Positions 17,494 through 26,554 of a stretch of 64,000 bases of DNA are shown here, in pieces. This stretch comes from a virus (taxonomy: Duplodnaviria > Caudoviricetes). The notes below the pieces were generated by a model. That model had not been told where the DNA came from and did not search any database. It saw only the letters and a program-made list of their open reading frames with translations. The position numbers and the translations under genes are program-made. The stretch is taken from IMG/VR virus record IMGVR_UViG_3300014204_000123, positions 32,001 through 96,000 of that record. One strand, 5' to 3'. Every line of letters begins with the position of its first letter. Position 1 is the stretch's first letter.

Positions 17494-17820
17494 ATGGTTG
17501 ATCGAGAATTAGCGGATAGGGCAGTAACGCTGGCGCTACAGAAGCTCCCGGTCAAGGGCATAGACCGCAGATTTGAATCGTGGTGCCGGTCGTGGCTTGG
17601 CGGTAGAAGAACTTATCTAGGGGCAATGAAAGCCCGTTCTTATGCGTACTATGCAAACTATGATGTAGGCCTAGCGGCGGTGGTTGTGGCAATGGCTCAT
17701 TCTGCCAAAGCAGAGAACTATCCGTCCTGGGTTGCTTCGGGTTGTATTGCTTCGGCAAGGACAAAACTAGACGTTCTGATTGAGGCAGGGTTGCCGATAA
17801 TTCGGGGCGTTTCACTGTGA
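17494..17820 (+). CDS. hypothetical protein
   Basis: ATG just downstream of the promoter and a GGGGG RBS-like run. Confidence 0.55.
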   Translation: MVDRELADRAVTLALQKLPVKGIDRRFESWCRSWLGGRRTYLGAMKARSYAYYANYDVGLAAVVVAMAHSAKAENYPSWVASGCIASARTKLDVLIEAGLPIIRGVSL

Positions 17821-18041
17821 GGTGTGTCATGGCTTATGCACTTGTAACTTTCGGACCGAATCGTTTTACCCGGACGGCTTTTCGGGGCATCGAAGCTGCG
17901 GAAAAAATCGGGGAAAAAGAAAGCGAGTTCGTTCGATTCGCCGGGGCTTCGACGATTCGCATTGTAGAATGTCCCGACTTCCAAGCGGCCTGTGAGGCCG
18001 ATATTTCCGATTCAAGCCTCCGTGTCGTTCGCTCGCTGTAA
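17817..18041 (+). CDS. hypothetical protein
   Basis: Overlaps the upstream stop; GAGGTG RBS-like before ATG 17829. Confidence 0.5.
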   Translation: MRCVMAYALVTFGPNRFTRTAFRGIEAAEKIGEKESEFVRFAGASTIRIVECPDFQAACEADISDSSLRVVRSL

Positions 18042-18059
18042 CTTTTTTTGTTTTCCTGC

Positions 18060-18088
18060 TTGACAAGTAGAAAGGCTAGGCTTATATT
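18060..18088 (+). promoter_or_regulatory. class A sigma70 promoter with T-tract UP element
   Basis: TTTTCCTGC-TTGACA-17 bp-TATATT. Confidence 0.8.
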
Positions 18089-18153
18089 GCAGTCATCCGG
18101 TCAGGGGGACCGGGACAAAACGGCGGGGCAAACGCCCCATGAGGAGAAGGCAA

Positions 18154-18714
18154 ATGGAAAAGATCGAATCAATCAGCAAAGTGTTTTCAGGGACTTCAAT
18201 CGCTGCCGCTTTGATGCAGGCCGACGTTTCTGAGCTTGATGTGGCTCCCGCCTGTCAGGCATATGGGGTTCTGGACCTCGTTTCCAAGGCTGTCGCCAAG
18301 CGTATCAAGGCGATCAAGGAAGTAGTGCGAGGGAAGGTCTCCGGGGCGGACGGGTTGATCGAGCACACGGCGAAAACCGTGCGGTTCGAGTTCGCCGGTG
18401 GTTATGCCGACGTTACGACTCCTGAGACGGGCGCTCCGACAATCAATCAGGAGAAGCTGGAAGAGATCTTGAAGGCCCGGAAGATCAAGAAAGAAGAGGC
18501 CTTGGACAAGGTGGTGAGCGTTTCTTGGTCGATCAATGCAACCAAGCTTGACGAGCTGGTTGGCGAAGGCCGGTTGTCCACCGAGGACGTGGAAGCGTGC
18601 CTCGTGACTCCCGAAGACCCCACCCCTCGCCTGTCCGTGTCGCTGGACAAGGAAATTGAGAAAGAGATCGCAAAGATGATCTTTGGCGAGACTCCCAAGA
18701 AGGCCAAGAAATAG
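18154..18714 (+). CDS. hypothetical protein in its own transcription unit
   Basis: Own promoter, GAGGAG RBS, followed by a terminator hairpin. Confidence 0.7.
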   Translation: MEKIESISKVFSGTSIAAALMQADVSELDVAPACQAYGVLDLVSKAVAKRIKAIKEVVRGKVSGADGLIEHTAKTVRFEFAGGYADVTTPETGAPTINQEKLEEILKARKIKKEEALDKVVSVSWSINATKLDELVGEGRLSTEDVEACLVTPEDPTPRLSVSLDKEIEKEIAKMIFGETPKKAKK

Positions 18715-18734
18715 CCCTACTAGGGCAACGGGGA

Positions 18735-18760
18735 GGGGCCTAGAAGCGACGCTAGGCCCC
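18735..18760 (+). terminator. hairpin, probable terminator
   Basis: GGGGCCTAG-8 nt-CTAGGCCCC; no U tract. Confidence 0.45.
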
Positions 18761-18776
18761 AAGTCAGGGGGTTGGT

Positions 18777-19445
18777 ATGGGTCGGAAGAAAGTTCCTCAA
18801 ATCAAGCCGTGTTTCCTGGATAGGCGTGCATGTAGTTCATGCGGCGGTGCCTGCTGCAAGCAGTATCCCGGCATTTCGTTGCCGGAGGATTTTCCAGACG
18901 TGCAATCGATTGCAGACGCTCTGTCTAGCGGGCGGTGGTGTATCGACTATGAGGGCGACGATCCGTTTCTTCGATGTGCTACTAAGGGCAGCGAGGGGAC
19001 GGCGGTGGAAGAGCTTTACGACGGCCATGAATGCACGTTCCACGGTGCCCGTGGTTGCGAACTAAAGCCCGACGATAGGCCAGCCGGATGCCGCTATATG
19101 GTTCCGATGATCGGGTCTTGCGCAGTGGTCGTCAAACCCGTCCATTCAGCGAATGCGTGGAGGTCGCGGGCAGGCGATCTATTTTCAGCGAAAAGCCTTG
19201 TTCGGTCTTCCGTTTTGGCTCTGCCTCGCGTGGATGCAGGCGCGGACGCTCGCGTGAGATCACTTTCACGAAGTGAAAGTAAGGAAGATAGAGATAAGGA
19301 TAGAGAAAAGAGGGGTGTGGGGGGGAAGGGGAAAGGGAAAGGGAAAGGAACCCAAAAAAGCGCGAAAACGCAGTCAAAAGCCACAGGAGCGGCGATAGAA
19401 AAGAGGGAAGCGAACGTGGTCTTTTTGAAACCCCGTCAGGAGTAA
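18777..19445 (+). CDS. CxxCxxxCC (YkgJ-like zinc/iron-chelating) protein with low-complexity tail
   Basis: CSSCGGACC...CTF...GC...RPAGCR. Confidence 0.7.
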   Translation: MGRKKVPQIKPCFLDRRACSSCGGACCKQYPGISLPEDFPDVQSIADALSSGRWCIDYEGDDPFLRCATKGSEGTAVEELYDGHECTFHGARGCELKPDDRPAGCRYMVPMIGSCAVVVKPVHSANAWRSRAGDLFSAKSLVRSSVLALPRVDAGADARVRSLSRSESKEDRDKDREKRGVGGKGKGKGKGTQKSAKTQSKATGAAIEKREANVVFLKPRQE

Positions 19446-19816
19446 AAACAGAGCAGGGAGAGAAGGGAGTTTTGTTCGGCAGTTGAATCGCGCGACTTTT
19501 TGCGCCGGGTCGGAAACCGGGTTAGAAGGGAATCAGGAGGTGCTGATATGTTATGCGTTGAATGTGGCAAAAAGGACGCTACGGGTGAAGACGGAGTCTG
19601 CATTGATTGCTTCGATCTCCGGTATGCGGTATCGAATTCCCCGTGGTGTGCTCTGGCTCTGATTGCCAGAAACCCGTGGTGGTTGATCGGGCGCTCTAAG
19701 CCTGGGCCGATTGCCAAACTCGTGGGATTCTTGGGATCGGCGGTGCTATTGTTCGTTTCGATGGCGATTTTCGCTGTCATTTGAGTCCTGCAATCGATTG
19801 CAGGGGGAGGGGAAAG

Positions 19817-20383
19817 ATGGTCGAACATGCGTATATCTCGGGTCTCCAGAAGCGAATCCATGCGTATGCTCTGGAGCACGGGTGGTGGGAGATGGGGGTT
19901 GATAACCGAGAGATTGAGGAGCTGGTGGTCCTGATTGTCGGGGAGGTGTCTGAGTTGCACGAGGCCTACCGGCGGGGGAAGCTGGATGCTGGTTGCGACA
20001 AGATCGGGCCGGACGGAAAGCCGATCCTCACCTGCTTTGAGGATGAGTGTGCTGATATCGTGATCCGGCTTTTAGATATGATGGCCGCCCATGGGGAAGT
20101 TGTTCGCCCGGAAACGCATAGGCTCCCTGAGTATCTATCGTTCTCTAGGCAGTGCTTTGCTTTGGTTGATCGCATAATGGACATTGCTAAGTTTTGGGAT
20201 TATGCCGATAACAAAAAAGCCACATTGCACTCTAATTCTACAAGAGGGTCGTTCTGCTCTGTTGTTTTGTCTTTTGTCAACTTAATGTGCGTGGTTAGGG
20301 GCGTGGATCTCTGGAGGTCGGTGGAGATCAAACACGAGTACAATATGAGCAGGCCGTACCGGCATGGAGGTTTGAAGGCATGA
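19817..20383 (+). CDS. MazG-like nucleotide pyrophosphohydrolase
   Basis: GEVSELHEAYR...EDECADIVIRLLD...KHEYNMSRPYRHG. Confidence 0.8.
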   Translation: MVEHAYISGLQKRIHAYALEHGWWEMGVDNREIEELVVLIVGEVSELHEAYRRGKLDAGCDKIGPDGKPILTCFEDECADIVIRLLDMMAAHGEVVRPETHRLPEYLSFSRQCFALVDRIMDIAKFWDYADNKKATLHSNSTRGSFCSVVLSFVNLMCVVRGVDLWRSVEIKHEYNMSRPYRHGGLKA

Positions 20384-20592
20384 AGATGATCAACGTGAAG
20401 TCGAGCAACGTGAAGGCCATTGGTTACGATCCCAACATGAAGGTGCTCCGGGTGGAGTTCGTTCACGGGCCTTCCGCTTACGAATACTCTGGGGTTCCCT
20501 TGGAGGTGTTCCAGGGGTTCCGGGATGCTTCGTCGCCTGGGAAGTATTTCCTGGCGGAAGTGAAGGACAGGTTTGATTTCCGCAAGGTTTGA
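20380..20592 (+). CDS. KTSC domain protein
   Basis: SSNVKAIGYD...LRVEF...YEYSGVP...ASSPGKYF. Confidence 0.92.
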   Translation: MKMINVKSSNVKAIGYDPNMKVLRVEFVHGPSAYEYSGVPLEVFQGFRDASSPGKYFLAEVKDRFDFRKV

Positions 20593-20593
20593 C

Positions 20594-20627
20594 TTGACAG
20601 TCCTACGCCCTGGATTATGCTACAACC
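20594..20627 (+). promoter_or_regulatory. class B promoter
   Basis: TTGACA-16 bp-TATGCT within GATTATGCTACAACC. Confidence 0.8.
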
Positions 20628-20642
20628 GTTGATGCTGGGAGG

Positions 20643-21503
20643 GTGATCATGAGCGATACCATGGGATTTGAGGGCGCCAAGGAACTGAGCAGGGAAGAGC
20701 GGACCGAGGCTGTTCTTTTGGGCCTCTTGAGCGAGCGCTACTGTCTTCCTGGGTTCGCTTTTGTTCCACATTTCCAGGACATAGGTAACGGTGTAGGCCA
20801 TACCGGAGGCGCCATAGACGGCTTCGCGTTTAGCCTTGGTGAAGCGGATCATCGGGTCAGCTTTGAGGTCAAGGTTAGCCGTGGGGACTTCTTTCAGGAG
20901 CTGAAACATCCCGAGAAGCGGGCGTGGTCGATGGCGGTTTCCCATGAGTTCTATTTTGTCGTTCCCCATGGCCTTGTTCGGCCGGACGAGGTCCCCGAGC
21001 AGTGCGGGTTAATCGTGGCGAACAAGGGTGGGTTACGGCAGATTAAGGCGGCGTCATTCCGGGATATAGGTGTTACTCCGAAGTGGGTTATCCAGTCGCT
21101 TTTGCGAGGGATGCTGCGGTCGGACAGGCGTGACGCTAGCGGAAGAGACGACTTGAAGGTTTTCAAGTATGCTTTACGGGACGAGCCCCTAAGTGTCAAG
21201 GACTTAGAGGCCATGATGCACGAGCACTCTAGCAAGTTCTACGATCGCAAAGCAGAAGATGCGATTCGTGAGGCGACGATCAAAGCCGAGAAGGCTGCCA
21301 GATTAGAGCTGGATTCATTCAGGATCGCCTTGTCCGAGGCCTGCGGGGAGCAGATCTGGCGTGCCAGTCAAGTGAAGCGAATCATAGGTGACTTGAAGCG
21401 AGGGGTTCCAGTCGGTGTTATTCCCTTGCTCGAAGAGGTATCCAGGTTGAGCGGCCGTGCGTCTTTGGCGTTGAGGCAGCTACGGGAGGGAGAGAATGAG
21501 TGA
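20643..21503 (+). CDS. MmcB-like PD-(D/E)XK nuclease-fold protein
   Basis: IDG...FEVKVSRGDFFQEL..PEK...EFYFVVP...EVPEQCGLI. Confidence 0.75.
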   Translation: MIMSDTMGFEGAKELSREERTEAVLLGLLSERYCLPGFAFVPHFQDIGNGVGHTGGAIDGFAFSLGEADHRVSFEVKVSRGDFFQELKHPEKRAWSMAVSHEFYFVVPHGLVRPDEVPEQCGLIVANKGGLRQIKAASFRDIGVTPKWVIQSLLRGMLRSDRRDASGRDDLKVFKYALRDEPLSVKDLEAMMHEHSSKFYDRKAEDAIREATIKAEKAARLELDSFRIALSEACGEQIWRASQVKRIIGDLKRGVPVGVIPLLEEVSRLSGRASLALRQLREGENE

Positions 21504-22647
21504 CAAGCAACCACATCCAGACGAGTCAGACTGGGAAATTATTACCAGTTCGCCTTCTAGGTCTATATGCGAGCATGGCTATCCAGCAGGGGAGTTTTTA
21601 GCCTTCGATCCTACTGGTGCATATCGCCTTAGCAAAGTGTTTGATTTCCTTGATAAGCTTAACGCCCAAATGACTGACTTGTTTAGTAAATACCAACCAT
21701 TTCTTGAATGCCAACCGCTTCTTGACAGAATGGAAAGTCTAGTGTCTAAGTGTGAGTCTAACGACAAGGGTTTAGTTTCGAGCGTTTCCGAGATAGATAG
21801 GCTTACCGGCTGGCTGAGGTGCTATGTGGACCCAGCGTTGTGCGAGGGCGAAGCTCCGAGGGCGATGGTTGGTTCTCTCAATTCCAATACTTCCTGGAAG
21901 GGTCACGATACCAGACATCCAGAGAATTCCAAATGCAAGGTCCTGGGATGTTGTCCGGTGGAGGCTTCCGATGAGTGAAGTGTTGGTTGTTTGCGATCAG
22001 TCGGATAGGTGCAAGTGTGAAGGCAGGACTGACTGCATTTGGATGCACCCTCATTCTCCGGTTGTCGACGGTGTAGAGCATCGGTGGAAGCACGAGCAAC
22101 CGATTCTGTGTGACTGCCGGACTTCGTCGTTCTGCCGTAGAGCGGATTCTGTTCTTGCGAAGTGTGTTCCTTCGCCTGTAGGGGGAAAGCAATGATCCTA
22201 ACGAGCAGCGGTAGAATGGAGAGCGAAGGCCACGATCCCATTGCAGCAGAGAATCTGCGGAGCAAGGGCCTTCTGGCGTCGGTGAACCTGATTCTCAATC
22301 CGCACGACCTAGTGCTGGTATTGGTGCGGGAGGGGAACGCCTGGGTTCCCAGGATTGAGGCAATTCACAGAGTCGATCCAGAGGTCCCTCAGATTGACAT
22401 TGGCCTGGACCTTACGAAGCGAACGGGGATGCCTTACCGCCTAGCGCGGGCTGGGGACAAGATCCAGTGGGGTCTTGTAGGTGACGATGGGAAGATCCCG
22501 ATCCCGGCTGGGTATGTTATTCTGGATACGGTGAAGATAGAGGGCGAGCGCTTTGCCGTGTATGGTCATCCATCGGACAAATCGGCCAAGACCTATGATG
22601 TTCCAGAGACGGATATTCCGTTGGTGATGATGGTAAAGGTTCAGTGA
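21496..22647 (+). other. three hypothetical ORFs (21496, 21971, 22192)
   Basis: Overlapping start/stop codons, RBS-like sequences. Confidence 0.55.
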
Positions 22648-23054
22648 TGCCGATCAAGCCAGAGAACAAGGGGAAGTACCCAAAGAACTGGAAAGGGGTC
22701 AGGGAATCGATCCTGGAAAGGGCTCGGAACGAATGTGAGTTTTGCAGGCTTAGGAACGGGGAAATGGTTCTTCGTGGGTCTCGCGGGGATTGCAAGGTTT
22801 ATGCTAGGGTAGGGCCGTGGGATGACTTCGTAAGGATGGCAGAGACTGGGGAAATTCTCGTCTGGAGTGAGGAACATTGCGAGTGGCAGGACCGGCCTGT
22901 TAAGGTGGTTTTGACTATTGCCCACTTGGACCACGATCCTGGCAACAACTCACCTCAGAATCTTCGTGCTCTTTGCCAGCGGTGCCACAACAGTTGGGAT
23001 GCTGAGCACAGAGCGGAGACCAGAAAGAAGGGGAAGGCGCATGAGAACGGTTAA
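22644..23054 (+). CDS. HNH endonuclease-like protein
   Basis: CEFC...LTIAHLDHDPGNNSPQNLRALCQRCHN. Confidence 0.85.
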   Translation: MMPIKPENKGKYPKNWKGVRESILERARNECEFCRLRNGEMVLRGSRGDCKVYARVGPWDDFVRMAETGEILVWSEEHCEWQDRPVKVVLTIAHLDHDPGNNSPQNLRALCQRCHNSWDAEHRAETRKKGKAHENG

Positions 23055-23964
23055 TCGGTGGTGGCTGAGAAGCGTTGGTCCTGATAGTGACGGGGAGCCA
23101 GAAGGGAAGTTGGTCTATGCGTGCCTTCTGTGTGATATGGAGTGGTCATTCGAGCGAATCAACGACCAGGAAGAGACGGTGGAATTGATTCCTTGTGGGA
23201 ATTTAGAGATCACACATGCCGACAAGCATGGACGGCCCTCAATGAGGGTGACTTCATGGTTCCGAGATGGGGCGCCATTTAATTGTACGGTATGTGATAG
23301 ATGCGCGAACGTGCATAGAGCGATAAGAGCCGGGAGCATTTTCCGTCCACAGTATTTGTGGAGCGAACGCCCTACGGGTCCAGACAGTGAGGTGGAATTC
23401 GGATAGTGGCAATAGGATACTGGTATAGGGAGATAATATGAGCACTGAACCCAACGAGTACAAAGTATGCAGAGTAGAAGGCCACGAAATAGAAATAGGC
23501 CAGATAACAGTAGGCTATGGCCCATACGTGATTCTTCCAGAGGACAAGGTGGGCTTCCATGCTCAGGTAGAGCTGGCTCTTGGTCCTGGCCTCAAAGTCA
23601 TTGTCGAGGACTGCGATTCAGACGAGTGCGCGACCAGAGCTATGGCTGTTGCTCGTTTGCTTAGGAACCTCATGCAAGAGAGGGCGCCCTTATGCCTGTA
23701 GCGATTGGTGACCAGAAGCTCTACCTATGTGAGGACCGGCGTTCGCAGCGAGAATGGATGCGTGAGGCCTTGCTTGCAGGGAAGGTTTTGAGCGATACTC
23801 GTCTTTGGCTTGCTGGGGTTGACGAGGCGAGTCGGGAGATTCGGCTATTGAGGCGCAGCGGGATGAAGATCGCCACGACCAAGATAGAGATTATAGACGC
23901 TGAGGGAGAGGCGAGTATGGACTTGGCTTGGCGTGCAATCGATTGCACCAATGGAGGGGAGTGA
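23041..23964 (+). other. three hypothetical ORFs (23041, 23438, 23692)
   Basis: Packed ORFs; the first has CxxC pairs. Confidence 0.5.
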
Positions 23965-23965
23965 T

Positions 23966-24295
23966 ATGGCTGTATGTATGGAGATTCCTTTTGAGTTTTC
24001 TCCGGGCTGGGATTGGGTTTTGATCCGTCCGGTATCGGACCCAACGATTCTTCCTGGGAAGGTTGTTAGGGTAGGTGGTGGTGCTCCGCTTAACACATGG
24101 GGTGAGGTTGTGGAGGTTGGGCCGAGTGGGATGGCCGGTACGTTTTTGCCGGGCGGTGGGATGTCTCCTTTGGAGGTAAGCGTAGGTGACGTGGTGTACT
24201 TCAACTCTGCGGCATCGACGAAGATCCAGAAGGACGGGGTTCCGATGTATCTAGTCCAGGACCAATACTGCATGATGCGGGTGGATTCGGAGTGA
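23966..24295 (+). CDS. GroES-like co-chaperonin (copy 1)
   Basis: DWVLIRP...GEVVEVGP...PLEVSVGDVVYF...DG..MYLV. Confidence 0.75.
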   Translation: MAVCMEIPFEFSPGWDWVLIRPVSDPTILPGKVVRVGGGAPLNTWGEVVEVGPSGMAGTFLPGGGMSPLEVSVGDVVYFNSAASTKIQKDGVPMYLVQDQYCMMRVDSE

Positions 24296-24299
24296 CGGT

Positions 24300-25070
24300 G
24301 TGAAGCCTTCCAAATCAGACATAAGGCTTGGGGACTGTCTTGACGTTATGGCCGGGCTGCCAGACTGCTCCATCGATATGGTCATGTGCGACCTTCCATA
24401 TGGTATCACTGCGTGCAAATGGGATTCCGTTATACCGTTCGACGAGCTATGGAAGAGCTACAGGAGACTTATAAAGCCTGGATGTGCGATTGCGTTGTTC
24501 GCTTCTCAGCCGTTTTCTAGCGCTTTGGTGATGAGCGCTGCGGACCTATTCAAGTATGAGTGGATCTGGCGAAAGAACCGGGGTAGCAATTTTCTTGTGG
24601 CTCATTTGCAGCCCATGAAGGAACACGAGCACGTATTGGTTTTTGGAGTGGGAAGTGTCAGGTATTTCCCAGAGAAGGAAAAGCGTAGTATTGGGGGGGG
24701 GGCAAGGGTCGGGTCTGGATGTGTTTTTCGGGAGTCAAATACGGGGAAGCGAGAAGCATACGGCGGAATAAATGATCTTGAGCGTATTAGCTCGGAATTG
24801 AGGCTTCCTAGTTCCGTTCGGGATTGTCCAACTCAGGTTGGGTTTCATCCGACCCAGAAGCCGGTGGCGTTGCTGGAGTATTTGATCCGAACCTATACGG
24901 TAGAGGGCGAGGTTGTCCTTGATAATTGCATGGGAAGCGGGAGTACCGGGGTCGCGTGCATGAGCCAGGGGAGATCCTTTATAGGCATAGAGAAGGATGA
25001 GAAGTATTTCCAGGTTGCCGAGCGTAGGATAGCCGAAGCGGCCAAGGCCAAGGCCGGTATGCTCCTGTGA
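24300..25070 (+). CDS. N4/N6 DNA methyltransferase (beta class)
   Basis: GDCL, DLPYG, HPTQKPVAL, VLDNCMGSGSTG, IGIE. Confidence 0.93.
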   Translation: MKPSKSDIRLGDCLDVMAGLPDCSIDMVMCDLPYGITACKWDSVIPFDELWKSYRRLIKPGCAIALFASQPFSSALVMSAADLFKYEWIWRKNRGSNFLVAHLQPMKEHEHVLVFGVGSVRYFPEKEKRSIGGGARVGSGCVFRESNTGKREAYGGINDLERISSELRLPSSVRDCPTQVGFHPTQKPVALLEYLIRTYTVEGEVVLDNCMGSGSTGVACMSQGRSFIGIEKDEKYFQVAERRIAEAAKAKAGMLL

Positions 25071-25103
25071 TTTGACTTTTTCTTGTGCCGCTAATTTTCC
25101 TGC

Positions 25104-25132
25104 TTGACAAATTCAGAGCCATGCCTTATGTT
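25104..25132 (+). promoter_or_regulatory. class A sigma70 promoter
   Basis: TTTTCCTGC-TTGACA-17 bp-TATGTT. Confidence 0.8.
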
Positions 25133-25196
25133 GCATTCAACCGGAACGGATTCCGGCCTGAGAGCCAACGGGGGCCTTATTCCCGAAGATGACAAC

Positions 25197-26228
25197 ATGA
25201 GTCATGGTATAATGGAACTAGATACAATCGCTTGGTGGAAGAAAATGCCTTGGCACCACCTGGGAACGGAAATACCTGAGTTGTTAGGGGCAGAAGAAAT
25301 GATCAAGGCGGCGGGCCTTGATTGGAACGTAGAAAAATGGCCGATGGCAATGACCGAGCCTTTCGGGGCGGATCGTGCGGCGGCGGCCGCTATTGTTCGC
25401 GGGGAGCGAACCCCGATCATTCAGAAGGTTGATGACTTTGTTGCCACAGTGCGCCGGGTTGAAGGCGGCGTGGTTCAATTGGGCGTTGTTGGATCGGGAT
25501 ACAAGCCGATCCAGAATTCCGAGGCTTTCAACTTCCTTGACGGGCTTGGCGATCAAGTGAAGTTCGATGTTGCCGGTTCGATTTACAACGGTCAGAGAAT
25601 CTGTGCACTTGGCCGCGTCGGGGACTTCCGAATTCCGGGGACCGATGATCAAAACATTGAGTATCTGCTGTTGTGCAACGATCACGCTGGCAAGATGGCG
25701 CTTCGGTGCTTTTTCACTACCGTTCGCGTTGTGTGCGCAAACACAATGACTCTGGCCTTGAATCAGGGCAAGGGTGAGGGTATCACGATCCGCCACAACG
25801 GCGATGTCCGGGTGAAGATGGCACAAGCGCAGAAGGTTTTGATTGCCAGCCGGGACGTTTTTACCGACTGGACGGCCAAGGCGGAAGCTTTGGCGAAAAA
25901 GCAGTTGACGGACCGGGTCATGCAGGATGTTTGGAAGGCTCTTATTCCAGACCCAGCACCGAAGATCGAGGACGGCAAAGAGGTTGCTGTATCGACTTCC
26001 AGGGCTCAGGGCGTCCGTTCTGAATTGACGAGGTTGTTCGACGAAGGGACCGGGAACGATATGTCGGGCGTCAAGGGTTCTGCTTGGGCCGCATTGAATG
26101 CCGTAACCGAGTTCATTGACCACGGTCGCAACGTCAACGGCGATCAAAACAGTCGAGTTGCGTCTGCTTGGTTTGGGCAGGGCGCTTCGATGAAGCAGGA
26201 AGCCGCTAGGCTTCTCCTCGCTGCCTAG
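25197..26228 (+). CDS. DUF932-family protein
   Basis: PWHHLG, AAGLDWNV, YKPIQN, TTVRVVCANT, IRHNG, GSAWAALNAVTEFIDH. Confidence 0.88.
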   Translation: MSHGIMELDTIAWWKKMPWHHLGTEIPELLGAEEMIKAAGLDWNVEKWPMAMTEPFGADRAAAAAIVRGERTPIIQKVDDFVATVRRVEGGVVQLGVVGSGYKPIQNSEAFNFLDGLGDQVKFDVAGSIYNGQRICALGRVGDFRIPGTDDQNIEYLLLCNDHAGKMALRCFFTTVRVVCANTMTLALNQGKGEGITIRHNGDVRVKMAQAQKVLIASRDVFTDWTAKAEALAKKQLTDRVMQDVWKALIPDPAPKIEDGKEVAVSTSRAQGVRSELTRLFDEGTGNDMSGVKGSAWAALNAVTEFIDHGRNVNGDQNSRVASAWFGQGASMKQEAARLLLAA

Positions 26229-26241
26229 TTCCCATTTGATG

Positions 26242-26267
26242 CGGGGGAGCCCTTCCCCCGTTGTTTT
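26242..26267 (+). terminator. Rho-independent terminator
   Basis: CGGGGGA...TCCCCCG stem followed by TTGTTTT. Confidence 0.65.
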
Positions 26268-26271
26268 CCCC

Positions 26272-26305
26272 TTGACTCTGCCAACCGCTTGATTATGCTA
26301 CAACC
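26272..26305 (+). promoter_or_regulatory. class B promoter
   Basis: TTGACT-16 bp-TATGCT within GATTATGCTACAACC. Confidence 0.8.
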
Positions 26306-26318
26306 AGCGAGGGTGATT

Positions 26319-26525
26319 ATGGACCGAGAAAGTCTTGTGCATGAGTTCATGGGGACAAAAGAGGCCACTGGGGTCCCTCTTGTGGTCGTGAGGGCGGTTG
26401 TGGACTTTGTCTTGGACAAGGTTGACGGGGTTTCTCCAGACACTGGGCATACCCAAGTTCCTTTCCCTTGGGGCATGGTAACCCTTCCCTCGCCAAAGTC
26501 AGTGAAGAGGCCAAATGATGTCTGA
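26319..26525 (+). CDS. small protein, weakly HU-like N-terminus
   Basis: First ORF after the class B promoter; MDRESLV...AVVDFVLDKV. Confidence 0.4.
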   Translation: MDRESLVHEFMGTKEATGVPLVVVRAVVDFVLDKVDGVSPDTGHTQVPFPWGMVTLPSPKSVKRPNDV

Positions 26526-26554
26526 TTCAATGAGTACGTTTTGACGGAGGTTTT

